Assembly (NCBI GenBank): GCA_016869335.1 | Contig: VGEJ01000001.1 | Coordinates: forward strand, 1 to 27,454 | Reading direction: 5' to 3' | DNA: 27,454 bases | From: Alphaproteobacteria bacterium | Lineage (GTDB): Bacteria; Pseudomonadota; Alphaproteobacteria; VGEJ01 | Part shown: piece after piece, positions 1 through 8,854 of the stretch | How positions within the stretch are numbered: position 1 is the stretch's first letter | How the letters are laid out: each line of letters opens with the position of its first letter | The notes under the pieces: model-generated | Database searches by the model: none | What the model was told of the DNA's origin: nothing | What the model saw: only the letters and a program-made list of their open reading frames with translations | Position numbers and translations under genes: made by a program

Positions 1-1
1 T

Positions 2-628
2 GCGCCACTCGACCTCGCGGTGGAGGTGGCCGAGGAGCTCGGCCTGCCGGTGATGACCCACATCGACACCCCGCCGCCCTCGCGCCGCGAGGTGCTCGAC
101 CGCCTGCGTCCGGGCGACATCCTCACCCATTGCTTCCGCCCGTTCCCCAACGCCCCAATCGATCGCCGGCGGGCGCTCCGCACCGAGGTGCGGGAGGCGC
201 GCGAGCGCGGCATCATCTTCGATATCGGGCACGGCAAGGGCAGCTTCGCCTTCCCCGTCGGCCGAGCCATGCTCGAGCAGGGATTCCTGCCCGACGTCAT
301 CTCGAGCGACGTGCACTCACTCAGCGCGCGCGGACCCGCCGTCGACCTCGCCGAGACGATGTCGAAGTTCACCTGCCTCGGCATGGGGCTGGTGGAGGTG
401 ATTGCGGCCGTCACCGCGGGTCCGGCCCGCGCGCTGCGCCGGCCCGACCTCGGCACGCTGCGGGTCGGCGCCGTCGGCGATGCCACCGTGTTCGAGCTGC
501 GCGAGGGGCGCTTCACCTACGTCGATGCGCCGGGCGAGCACATGGTCGGAACGCACCGAATCGCGCCGCGCCTGATGGTGGTCGGCGGCCGCCTCTGGCA
601 CGAGGCGCCGGCCGCGCCATCCGCCTGA
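2..628 (+). CDS. Amidohydrolase/deacetylase family metallohydrolase (dihydroorotase-like); 5' end lies outside the window
   Basis: Frame is open from base 2 (APLDLAVEVA...). It has metal-ligand motifs MTHID, THCF, FDIGHGKGSF and ISSDVH, plus the C-terminal GxLxVGAxGDATVF beta-sandwich typical of amidohydrolases. Confidence 0.85.
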   Translation, partial: APLDLAVEVAEELGLPVMTHIDTPPPSRREVLDRLRPGDILTHCFRPFPNAPIDRRRALRTEVREARERGIIFDIGHGKGSFAFPVGRAMLEQGFLPDVISSDVHSLSARGPAVDLAETMSKFTCLGMGLVEVIAAVTAGPARALRRPDLGTLRVGAVGDATVFELREGRFTYVDAPGEHMVGTHRIAPRLMVVGGRLWHEAPAAPSA

Positions 629-641
629 CGGCCGACGGCGA

Positions 642-891
642 ATGACCCGGTTCGCCGGCAGGGTGGCGATTGTCACGGGCGCCGGCGCCGGCATCGGCCG
701 TGCCATCGCACTCCGCTCGGCACGCTGGTCCCGTCGGCCGGGTCGGAGCCCCTGAGGACGTAGCTGCCGCGGTGGCATTCCTGGCCTCGGACGAGGCGAG
801 TTTCATCTCAGGCGCCAATCTGTGCGTGGACGCCGGGTTGACCGCCGGCATGGCGCCGATGATTGAGGAGCTGACACTGGAACCCGGGTGA
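642..891 (+). pseudogene. Short-chain dehydrogenase (SDR) remnant with a large internal deletion and a frameshift
   Basis: ATG at 642 gives [25 protein letters not shown] (TGxxxGIG Rossmann motif). About 20 nt later another frame gives the SDR C-terminus [43 protein letters not shown] and YxxxK are absent. Confidence 0.85.
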
Positions 892-912
892 CTCCGGCTG
901 AGCCGGACCCGG
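884..912. terminator. Hairpin between convergent genes (possible terminator)
   Basis: TCCGGC-TGA-GCCGGA core (893-907), extended by CCGGG/CCCGG arms; no clear U-tract. Confidence 0.3.
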
Positions 913-913
913 C

Positions 914-1273
914 TTAGTTGGTGCCGTTGGCGGCCTTGTCGAGGTCGACGTAACCGCGCTCGATGGCGCGGCGGAGCGCTTCGAAGGCGCGCATGCCCTC
1001 GAGGTACGTCTTCCGCAGACTCCTCAACGACACCAGCGCCGCCTCGTCGGGCCAGTCCGGCCCGTAACCGCCCACGAAGAGCGCCAAAGCCGCATCGAGG
1101 TAGCCGGCGCGCAGCCGTGCCACGGCGACCGCGAACTCGAGGAACTTGTCGCGGTTCAATGTCGGGATGTGGGCGTGAATGATCTCGCGGTTGGCTACCC
1201 GGACGCCATTCTCGACATCCTCGAGGAACTGCTTGTGGGCGATGAGGTTCTGGTAGTCTTGGGTGTGCGGCAT
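914..1273 (-). CDS. Hypothetical alpha-helical protein, about 119 aa
   Basis: High GC3 codon usage from ATG 1273 (MPHTQDYQNLIAHKQFLEDVENG...) and amphipathic helical patterning. The track's upstream extension to 1336 is doubtful. Confidence 0.7.
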   Translation of the reverse strand: MPHTQDYQNLIAHKQFLEDVENGVRVANREIIHAHIPTLNRDKFLEFAVAVARLRAGYLDAALALFVGGYGPDWPDEAALVSLRSLRKTYLEGMRAFEALRRAIERGYVDLDKAANGTN

Positions 1274-1361
1274 GACGCTCCTGCCAGGCTGCAGGGGCGA
1301 GCCTAGTGCGCTGCCGCTTAAGATCTGCTTTCGCAATCCCGCCAGCGCGGGGCGGGTACCC

Positions 1362-2114
1362 TCAATAGGTAGCCCGGCCCCCGGAGAGATCGAACACCGC
1401 GCCGGTCGAGAACGTGCAGTCCTCCGAGGCGAGCCACGCCACCAGGGCGCCCACTTCCTCGACCTTGCCGAAGCGGCCCATCGGGATCTTCGAAAGCATG
1501 TAGTCGATGTGAGCCTGCGTCATCTGCTTGAAGATATCGGTCTTGATGACCGCCGGGGTCACGCAGTTCACGCGAACCCCGCTACCGGCCAGTTCCTTGC
1601 CGAGCGATTTGGTGAGGCCGATGACGCCGGCCTTGGCCGCGCTGTAGGCGGGAGCGTTCGGGTTGCCTTCCTTGCCGGCGATCGAGGCGATGTTGACGAT
1701 GCGGCCGTAGTCCTGGGCCAGCATGTGCGGCACCAGCGCCTTGCAGCAGATGAACACGCCGGTGAGATCGGTCGTGATCACGCGCGTCCAGTCGGCCAGG
1801 GAGTACTCCCATGTCTTCTGATTGGGACCGGAGATCCCGGCGTTGTTGACCAGCACGTCGGCCTTGCCGAACCGCGCGATGGTTGCATCGCGCCCCCGAT
1901 CGACCGCCGCCTCATCGCTCACATCGACGGCCAGCGCCGCGACGCGGTTGCTGCCGCCGAGCGCCCCGACCGCTTGATCGAGGACGCTCGCGTCGGCATC
2001 CCAAACCATGACGTTCGCCTCCGAGGCGAGCAGGCGCTCGGCAATGGCGAGGCCGATGCCACGACCGCCCCCGGTCACGATGGCCGTGCGTCCCCTGAGG
2101 TCGTAGCGGTTCAT
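1362..2114 (-). CDS. SDR-family NAD(P)-dependent oxidoreductase resembling 2-dehydro-3-deoxy-L-rhamnonate dehydrogenase-type SDRs
   Basis: TGGGRGIG, VNNAG, IVNIAS and YSAAK motifs; C-terminus DLSGGRATY. Start at ATG 2114 follows GGAGG. Confidence 0.9.
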   Translation of the reverse strand: MNRYDLRGRTAIVTGGGRGIGLAIAERLLASEANVMVWDADASVLDQAVGALGGSNRVAALAVDVSDEAAVDRGRDATIARFGKADVLVNNAGISGPNQKTWEYSLADWTRVITTDLTGVFICCKALVPHMLAQDYGRIVNIASIAGKEGNPNAPAYSAAKAGVIGLTKSLGKELAGSGVRVNCVTPAVIKTDIFKQMTQAHIDYMLSKIPMGRFGKVEEVGALVAWLASEDCTFSTGAVFDLSGGRATY

Positions 2115-2175
2115 GGTGTCCTCCGTGCGTGCGGCCGCGAGTGTTTCGGAAGCGCTCGGCGTTGGCAAGGTACGA

Positions 2176-2358
2176 TCAGCGCGGCATGACTGGGTGACCG
2201 CTCGCGTCATGCTCGGGCGTGAGCGCTCGCAGGTCGGGCTCCAACCACTCCTGGCCGAGATAGTCGTCGCGCAGCACTGTGTCGAAGTTCAGGCCGCCGC
2301 AACCGCTCAACGTAATGAGGGCGCCCAGGGCTGCGAGACCTCGTAATGCGCGGCGCAT
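2176..2358 (-). CDS. Putative small lipoprotein, 60 aa
   Basis: Basic N-terminus (MRR), hydrophobic stretch and lipobox LSG-C at Cys20. It fills an otherwise empty gap, co-directional with the SDR. Confidence 0.55.
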   Translation of the reverse strand: MRRALRGLAALGALITLSGCGGLNFDTVLRDDYLGQEWLEPDLRALTPEHDASGHPVMPR

Positions 2359-2371
2359 GATCTGCCCGCCG

Positions 2372-2400
2372 TTGCCACGTCAATCTGCGACAGCAACAAT
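2372..2400 (+). promoter_or_regulatory. Possible sigma70-type promoter for the amidase operon
   Basis: TTGCCA-N17-AACAAT upstream of GGAGG and ATG 2433. Confidence 0.3.
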
Positions 2401-2432
2401 AGCACTCGCTGGGCGCCCAACCGGAGGACCCG

Positions 2433-3833
2433 ATGTCCGATGACCTTTCCTACACCCCGGCGACCGAGCTGGTCGCCGCCTATCGGTCGCGAAAGCTCTC
2501 GCCGGTGGAGGCCACCGCGGCGGCCCTGGCCCGGATCGAGAAACACAATCCGCGGCTCAACGCATTCTACCTCGTCGATGCCGAGGGCGCGCTTCGCACC
2601 GCGCGGGACTCGGAGGCGCGCTGGTTGCGCGCGGCGCCGCTGGGCCCGCTCGACGGGGTGCCGATGTCGATCAAGGACCATCAGCTGACCAAGGGGTGGC
2701 CGAGCCCGCGCGGCTCGCGCACCACCGACGCCACCGAGCAGTGGGTCGAGGACGGTCCGGCCGTGGCCCGCCTGCGCGAGTCAGGTGCGGTGTTCCTCGG
2801 CAAGACCACGATGCCGGAGTTCGGCTGGAAGGGCGTCAACGACAGCGTTCTGTTCGGCATCACCCGCAATCCCTGGAACCCCGACAAGACGCCGGGGGGA
2901 TCGAGCGGCGGCGCTTCGGCGGCGGTCGCCGCCGGCATGGGACCGCTCGCGCTTGGCAGCGACGGTGGCGGCTCGATCCGCATCCCCTGCGCTTTCACCG
3001 GATTGGTCGGGCTCAAGGCGACGTACGGCCGCGTGCCGATGCACCCGCCCAGCCCCTACGGCACAATCTCCCATGTCGGACCGATGAGCCGCACCGTCGC
3101 TGACTGTGCGCTGATGATGAACGTGATCGCCCGGCCGGACCCGCGTGACTGGTTCGCCCTCCCGGCGGACCAAGCCGACTACCTGGCCGGCCTCGATGAC
3201 GGGATCAAGGGGCGCAAAGTCGCGTTCAGTGCCAACCTCGGCTACGCCAAAGTCGATCCCGAGGTCGCCGGTATCGTTGCCGCCGCGGCGCAGCGCTTCG
3301 CCGCGCTGGGCGCGATCGTCGAGGCCCGGGATCCCGGGTTCGCCGATCCCACGGACTACTTCCTGATCCACTGGCAGGTCGGCTCCACCAACGCGCTGCG
3401 CGCGTTCTCGCCCGAGAAAGTCAGCCTCGTCGATCCCGGGCTGGTTGAGTTCGCCGAGGCCGGCAAGCGCGTGAGCATCGTGCAGTACCTGGCAGCGGTC
3501 GCCGAGCGCACCAGGCTTGGCGTTCACATGAACCGCTTCCACGAGAACTGGGACCTGCTACTCACGCCGGCGCTGGCGGTGCCGGCGTTCGACGTCGGGC
3601 TGCTCGCGCCGCCCGGATACGACGGCCTCGCCTGGCTGCAGTGGACGCCCTTCAGCTATCCCTTCAACCTGACGCAGCAACCGGCTGTGGTGGTGCCCTG
3701 CGGCTTTACCAGGGCGGGTCTGCCGATTGGCCTGCAGATCGTCGGCAACAAGTACCGGGAGGCACTGGTTCTGCGCGCGGCGCGGGCCTATGAGACAGCC
3801 TATCCGTTGACCGAGCGCCGGCCACTCTTGTAA
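2433..3833 (+). CDS. Amidase signature family protein
   Basis: PMSIKD (Lys), GGSSGG and GSDGGGSIRIP (Ser-cisSer-Lys triad); GLPIGLQIVG; GGAGG RBS. Confidence 0.95.
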   Translation: MSDDLSYTPATELVAAYRSRKLSPVEATAAALARIEKHNPRLNAFYLVDAEGALRTARDSEARWLRAAPLGPLDGVPMSIKDHQLTKGWPSPRGSRTTDATEQWVEDGPAVARLRESGAVFLGKTTMPEFGWKGVNDSVLFGITRNPWNPDKTPGGSSGGASAAVAAGMGPLALGSDGGGSIRIPCAFTGLVGLKATYGRVPMHPPSPYGTISHVGPMSRTVADCALMMNVIARPDPRDWFALPADQADYLAGLDDGIKGRKVAFSANLGYAKVDPEVAGIVAAAAQRFAALGAIVEARDPGFADPTDYFLIHWQVGSTNALRAFSPEKVSLVDPGLVEFAEAGKRVSIVQYLAAVAERTRLGVHMNRFHENWDLLLTPALAVPAFDVGLLAPPGYDGLAWLQWTPFSYPFNLTQQPAVVVPCGFTRAGLPIGLQIVGNKYREALVLRAARAYETAYPLTERRPLL

Positions 3834-3845
3834 CCGGCTCGGCGC

Positions 3846-5342
3846 ATGGCAGGGCGGATCGGCGAGGGGGCGCTGCTGACAGTCGCCGAGATGGCGGCGG
3901 CGGATGCGCTGACCATCCGCCGCGGCGTATCGGGCGGGACACTGATGGAAGCGGCCGGCGCCGCCGTGGCCGCCGCGATCCAGCGGCGCTGGACGCCGCG
4001 CCCGACGCTGGTGATGTGCGGGCCCGGCAACAACGGCGGCGATGGCTTCGTCGCGGCGCGCCATCTCAGCGAAGCCGGCTGGCCGGTGCGTCTCGCCCTA
4101 TCGGTCGAGAAGGCGAGCCTCTCGGGCGACGCCGCGCTTATGGCCGGGCGGTGGGTGGGGCCGATGGCGGACTTCGACCCGGCGGCGCTGGCGGATGCGG
4201 CGCTGGTCGTCGACGCGATGTTCGGCGCCGGGCTGTCGCGGCCGATCGCGGGGGTTTACCGGCAGGTGGTTGACGCGCTCGCGGCTTCGGGCAAACCGTG
4301 CGTTGCCATCGATGTGCCGAGCGGCGTGCAGGGCGACACGGGCGCCGTGCTCGGTGCGGGCGTGCCCGCGGCGCTCACGGTGAGCTTCTTCCGGCGCCGG
4401 CCGGCGCACTGGCTCTATCCTGGCCGCCGCCTGTGCGGCGTCGCGGAGGTCGCCGACATCGGCATCCCCGACGATGTACTCGATGACATCCGGCCGCGGC
4501 TCCATGAGAACGGGCCGGCGCAGTGGCTCCACCATTTCCCGTGGCCACGGCCGGATGGGCACAAGTACACGCGGGGCAGCGCCGTCGTGGTGTCCGGCGG
4601 CGCCGGCCAGACGGGGGCGGCGCGCCTTGCGGCGCGTGCCGCGCTGCGCGTGGGCGCCGGGCTCGTCACTGTCGCCGGCCCGTCCGAGGCCCTGCTCGTC
4701 AATGCGGCACACCTCACCGCCGTGATGACGGCGAGCCTCTCCGGAGCGGAAGCCTTTGGCGCGTTGCTCGAGGACGAGCGCAAGAACGCGATCCTGATCG
4801 GACCGGGCAACGGCGTCGGACCGGCGACGCGAGAGCGCCTGTTGCTGGCGGTGCGGGCCGGGCGCGCCGTGGTGGCGGACGCCGATGCACTGACCAGCCT
4901 CGGGGGCGACCTCACGGCCCTGCGGGAGGCGGTCGCCGCGCCGACGTTGTTGACACCACATGAAGGCGAGTTCGCGCGTCTGTTCGGCGGCGTCGTGGAC
5001 GCCGGTCAGGACAAGGTGGCGCGCGCGCGCGCCGCGGCACGGCTGACAGGTGCCTGCGTCCTGCTCAAGGGACCCGATACGGTGATCGCCGCGCCCGAGG
5101 GCACGGCGCTGATCAACGGCAACGCTCCACCCGAGCTCGCCACGGCCGGCACCGGCGACGTGCTGGCCGGGCTTGCGGTTGGCCTGCTCGCTCAGGGCAT
5201 GCCGTTGCCGGCGGCCGCCGCCGCTGCCGCATGGCTGCACGGCGAGGCTGCCACCGCGGTGGGCCCGGGCCTGATCGCCGAGGACTTGAGCGAGGCGCTG
5301 CCACCCATCCTGCGCCGGCTCAGGGAGGCGACCGATGCCTGA
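3846..5342 (+). CDS. nnr: Bifunctional NAD(P)H-hydrate epimerase/dehydratase (Nnr/YjeF)
   Basis: N-domain GPGNNGGDG, DAMFGAGLSR and IDVPSG; C-domain HKYTRG, TPHEGEF, LLKG and GTGDVLAG. Confidence 0.95.
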   Translation: MAGRIGEGALLTVAEMAAADALTIRRGVSGGTLMEAAGAAVAAAIQRRWTPRPTLVMCGPGNNGGDGFVAARHLSEAGWPVRLALSVEKASLSGDAALMAGRWVGPMADFDPAALADAALVVDAMFGAGLSRPIAGVYRQVVDALAASGKPCVAIDVPSGVQGDTGAVLGAGVPAALTVSFFRRRPAHWLYPGRRLCGVAEVADIGIPDDVLDDIRPRLHENGPAQWLHHFPWPRPDGHKYTRGSAVVVSGGAGQTGAARLAARAALRVGAGLVTVAGPSEALLVNAAHLTAVMTASLSGAEAFGALLEDERKNAILIGPGNGVGPATRERLLLAVRAGRAVVADADALTSLGGDLTALREAVAAPTLLTPHEGEFARLFGGVVDAGQDKVARARAAARLTGACVLLKGPDTVIAAPEGTALINGNAPPELATAGTGDVLAGLAVGLLAQGMPLPAAAAAAAWLHGEAATAVGPGLIAEDLSEALPPILRRLREATDA

Positions 5343-6771
5343 GGGTTTTGGCCTCGTCGATCGCACGCTGCGCCGTCTCCGCCGGGCGTGGCGCGAGGTG
5401 CCGCGCGTTGCATTTCCGGGCCGCGCAGAGGCGCTGCGTCCTGACCTGCCTGACGACGACCTCGTGCGCCTGCGCGAGCAGCTCTCGGCATGCCTGCGGG
5501 GCACCGGCGGCGAGGTGTCGGCGCGAGCCCGCGCGGCCGAGCTCGGCCGCTCCTACATCGGCCTCAGCGCCGCGGGGCGGCTCCGCTTCCTCCGCCTTCT
5601 CGCGGGCGAGTTCGCGACCGATCGCGCGGCGATCGACCAGGCCGTTCGAGCCTGGCGGGGCGCCGTCACCGACGATGGCTACCGCGCGGCCGAGGCGGAA
5701 CTGCGACGGGCGCTGGTCGCCCCGCGGCTGCGCCTCCTCACCCAGTTCAACGATTTGCCCGGCGGGGTGAAGTTCCTGGTCGATCTCCGCGCCGAACTCC
5801 TCGGCCATCACGGGGACGCCGCGCTCGCGGCCCTGGAGGATGACCTTCGCGGCCTCCTCGCGTCGTGGTTCGACGCCGGCTTCCTCGACTTGCAGCGCAT
5901 CACATGGGCCGCCCCGGCAGCGCTCCTCGAGAAGCTGATCGCCTATGAGGCCGTGCACGAAATCCGTTCGTGGCAGGATCTCAAGGACCGATTGGACCGG
6001 GACCGCCGCTGTTACGCCTTCTTCCACCCGAGCATGCCGCACGAGCCGCTGATCTTCGTCGAGGTGGCGCTGGTCAACGGTCTTGCCGACCGCATCACGA
6101 CGCTGCTCGACGACAGCGCCCCGGTGAGCGACACGGAGCAGGCCGATACGGCGATCTTCTATTCCATCTCGAACTGCCAGCGCGGCCTGGCCGGGGTCAA
6201 CTTTGGCAGCCTGCTGATCAAGCGCGTGGTCGACGATCTGGCGCGCGAACTGCCGGCGATCCGCGTGTTCGCCACGCTCTCGCCGATGCCGCGTTTCCGC
6301 GCCTGGATCGACGAGCGCCTTGAGCGGGACGACACGCCGCTGTTGGCTCCGAGCGATGTGCGCACGATCGAGGAGCTGGCCGGCGGCGCGTATGGGCCGC
6401 AGGCCTTGCGTGCGCTGCTCGACCGCCCCGACTGGCATCGCGATGGCGCGGTGGCCGCTGCGCTGCGGCCCGTCGTGATGCGCCTCGGCGCGGTGTATCT
6501 GCTGGAAGCCAAGCGCGCGAAGGGCGGCCATGCGGCGCGCGACCGGGTCGCGCACTTCCATCTGTCAAACGGCGCCCGCATCGAGCGGCTCAATTGGCTG
6601 GCGAACCCGACGCCAGCGGGTCTCAGGCAGTCGGCCGGGCTGATGGTGAACTATCGCTACCGACTCGCCGACATCGAGGCCAACCACGAGAGCTATCGCG
6701 GCGCCGGCCACATCGCGGCACGCAAATCCGTGCGCCAGCTCCTGCGCCCCTCGCGCTCCGGCGTGCCTTAG
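5335..6771 (+). CDS. Malonyl-CoA decarboxylase
   Basis: LIAYEAVHEI, DRRCYAFFHP, PLIFVEVAL, FYSISNCQRGLAGVNFG, TLSPMP, VAHFHLSNGA and GLMVNY motifs. The start overlaps the nnr stop by 8 nt. Confidence 0.95.
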   Translation: MPEGFGLVDRTLRRLRRAWREVPRVAFPGRAEALRPDLPDDDLVRLREQLSACLRGTGGEVSARARAAELGRSYIGLSAAGRLRFLRLLAGEFATDRAAIDQAVRAWRGAVTDDGYRAAEAELRRALVAPRLRLLTQFNDLPGGVKFLVDLRAELLGHHGDAALAALEDDLRGLLASWFDAGFLDLQRITWAAPAALLEKLIAYEAVHEIRSWQDLKDRLDRDRRCYAFFHPSMPHEPLIFVEVALVNGLADRITTLLDDSAPVSDTEQADTAIFYSISNCQRGLAGVNFGSLLIKRVVDDLARELPAIRVFATLSPMPRFRAWIDERLERDDTPLLAPSDVRTIEELAGGAYGPQALRALLDRPDWHRDGAVAAALRPVVMRLGAVYLLEAKRAKGGHAARDRVAHFHLSNGARIERLNWLANPTPAGLRQSAGLMVNYRYRLADIEANHESYRGAGHIAARKSVRQLLRPSRSGVP

Positions 6772-7715
6772 GGCGCGCCACCCGCCCGCGGCGCGTCGGC
6801 CCCGGCGGCCGCGATCTCGCGTTTGAGCGTGAACTTGACCAGGCGCTCGCGATGGAAGCGCAAATAGTCGCGTCGGCGCTTGACCGCCGGGATGTGCTCC
6901 GTAGCGTCCTCCAAGTCATAACCGTTCTCGGCCGCCATCTGCTCAAAGCACGCGTAGTTGTAGAGCCAATCCTTGTGCGTGTAGCGCTCGACCGTCTGCT
7001 CGGCGTTCTCACAGAATGACGCCAGGAACACCGTCGGCCCGTGCATCATGTGGCGAGCGTTGGCCACGACGGCGCGCACATCTTCCAGGGGCATATGGGT
7101 GAAGACGGCGTAGGTCCAGATGAAATCGACCTTCTCACCATTCAGCCACGCCATGCTGTTGTCGCCATTGCGGAACAACCGCGGCTGTTTGGTTGCGGTC
7201 AGTCCAAGGGCATCGAGGCGCTGGCGACAGAATCGGAGCTGATTCTCGGAGGCGTCGTTGCCGGAGAACTTGCCCGGGTCGAGAAAGGACACGAAGTGCT
7301 GGGCCGAGCGGCCCTTGCCGACACCGAACTCATGGAGTCGGCTGTGCGGCTGCAGCCCGAATCGGCGGCAGATCTCGACATCCTCGGCGCCGCTCTGATA
7401 GATGGCCTGGACGGACGGATCCTCAAAGGGTCGTTCGGCACCCTCGCGGTCCTTGTAGTCGGCGTACCACTGGACATACGGCACGCCGCGCGCCTTGGCG
7501 ATCTCGATATCGAGCATATGCAGAGGCCCGCGAATGAACTTGACGTGCATCGATTTGTGGCGGCCACGCAACGCCTTACGCAAGCGCTTGGGAACCAGCG
7601 GACGGAGCAGCAGCAACGTCGACGCGCTGATTGCCCATACACTTCTCACCGCTTGAAGCAGGACCGCACGAGGCGCGCTCGCCATCGGCCCACTCTCCGA
7701 CACTGTTTCCCGCAT
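6768..7715 (-). CDS. Class I SAM-dependent methyltransferase
   Basis: Motif I variant LHEFGVGKGR, GND(A)S at the end of beta-2, and VDFIWTYAVFTHMP. ATG 7715 has GGAGG 5 nt upstream. Confidence 0.85.
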   Translation of the reverse strand: MRETVSESGPMASAPRAVLLQAVRSVWAISASTLLLLRPLVPKRLRKALRGRHKSMHVKFIRGPLHMLDIEIAKARGVPYVQWYADYKDREGAERPFEDPSVQAIYQSGAEDVEICRRFGLQPHSRLHEFGVGKGRSAQHFVSFLDPGKFSGNDASENQLRFCRQRLDALGLTATKQPRLFRNGDNSMAWLNGEKVDFIWTYAVFTHMPLEDVRAVVANARHMMHGPTVFLASFCENAEQTVERYTHKDWLYNYACFEQMAAENGYDLEDATEHIPAVKRRRDYLRFHRERLVKFTLKREIAAAGADAPRAGGAP

Positions 7716-7878
7716 GATGGCCTCCCAGAGGCGACACGAAACCCTGCCGCGCCGAGTCGAACAGGATACCTCGAGCCGGCACGGTGCCGAAACTGTTCGT
7801 CGAGGCGTGCGGCCTGTCACGGGGCGAGCTTCACGCGCCCCCTCGAACCAGCTAATAGTGATGCGTCCGAGGAATGCG

Positions 7879-8847
7879 ATGCGCCTAAGCCCAGCCTACC
7901 TGACGCAGCGCGTCAACCATCATGGTTATGGTCGCGTCGTGATCAATGTCGCCAAGCGGCTCGGCCTCCCGCTTTGCGCGGCCTACGCCTTCACGACGAC
8001 GACCAAGAAGCTGGCAGACCCGATTGGGTGGCTGGCGCGTCGTCGAGTGGATTTCATCGCCGACTCGCCGTGGCGCGACGCGATGCCCGAGAACACCGCG
8101 TGGCGGGCATTCGCACCCGCCGAGATTCCTGGCTCGACCGAGCTGGCCGCCGCCTGCCGGAGTTTCTTTCATGGGATCGAGACGCGGGTGGCACGGTTTG
8201 TCGGGGAGACGGCGTACGTCGATCTCCTGTCTCCGCTCGGTCCCCAATCGCTCGACTCAAACCGTATTCCGAGCGCACTCGACACGATTCCCGGGCTGCT
8301 CGACTTCGCTCTCAGCCGGCCGCTTGTCGATGCGGCCACCGCCTACCTGGGCGAGATTCCGGTGCTGGGCGGAATCACGTTCTACGCTTCCATCCCCAAT
8401 GACCGCCTGGAGGGCAGTCAGATCTATCACTGTGATCAAGGCGATCCGCGGCTGTTCAAGGCGCTCCTCGCCGTCGGCGACGTCGATTCCGATACCGGCC
8501 CGTTCACGTTCGTTCCGGCGGACAAGACGGGGCAGGTCAAGCGGGCGCTAGGCTACCGGCGGGGCCGCCTGGACGACGCCGCGCTCTTCTCCGTCGTGCG
8601 CCCGAGCGATCAGGTGGTTTTCACCGGGCAGGCGGGGAGCGTGTTGTTCTGTGATACCGCCCGCTGTCTCCACTACGGCAGCCGCGGCAATCGCAAGACG
8701 CGCCTGCTTCTCGAAGTCCTCTACCTCAGCCGATACCATCGGATCGAGGGGCGCTGGCAGCTTGCAGAACAGGCTTTCGACCGCAGGCGCTATGGCGGCG
8801 ATCGCCTGGCGCGGCTGCTACTCGGACACCACGCGGCGAACGCCTGA
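7879..8847 (+). CDS. 2OG-Fe(II) / phytanoyl-CoA dioxygenase-like protein
   Basis: HxD (YHCD), GPFTFVP and G-x-AGSVLFCDT-x-RCLHYGSR with the distal His and Arg. ATG 7879 follows GAGGA; ATG 7861 is an alternative start. Confidence 0.8.
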   Translation: MRLSPAYLTQRVNHHGYGRVVINVAKRLGLPLCAAYAFTTTTKKLADPIGWLARRRVDFIADSPWRDAMPENTAWRAFAPAEIPGSTELAAACRSFFHGIETRVARFVGETAYVDLLSPLGPQSLDSNRIPSALDTIPGLLDFALSRPLVDAATAYLGEIPVLGGITFYASIPNDRLEGSQIYHCDQGDPRLFKALLAVGDVDSDTGPFTFVPADKTGQVKRALGYRRGRLDDAALFSVVRPSDQVVFTGQAGSVLFCDTARCLHYGSRGNRKTRLLLEVLYLSRYHRIEGRWQLAEQAFDRRRYGGDRLARLLLGHHAANA

Positions 8848-8854
8848 TGAGGCG

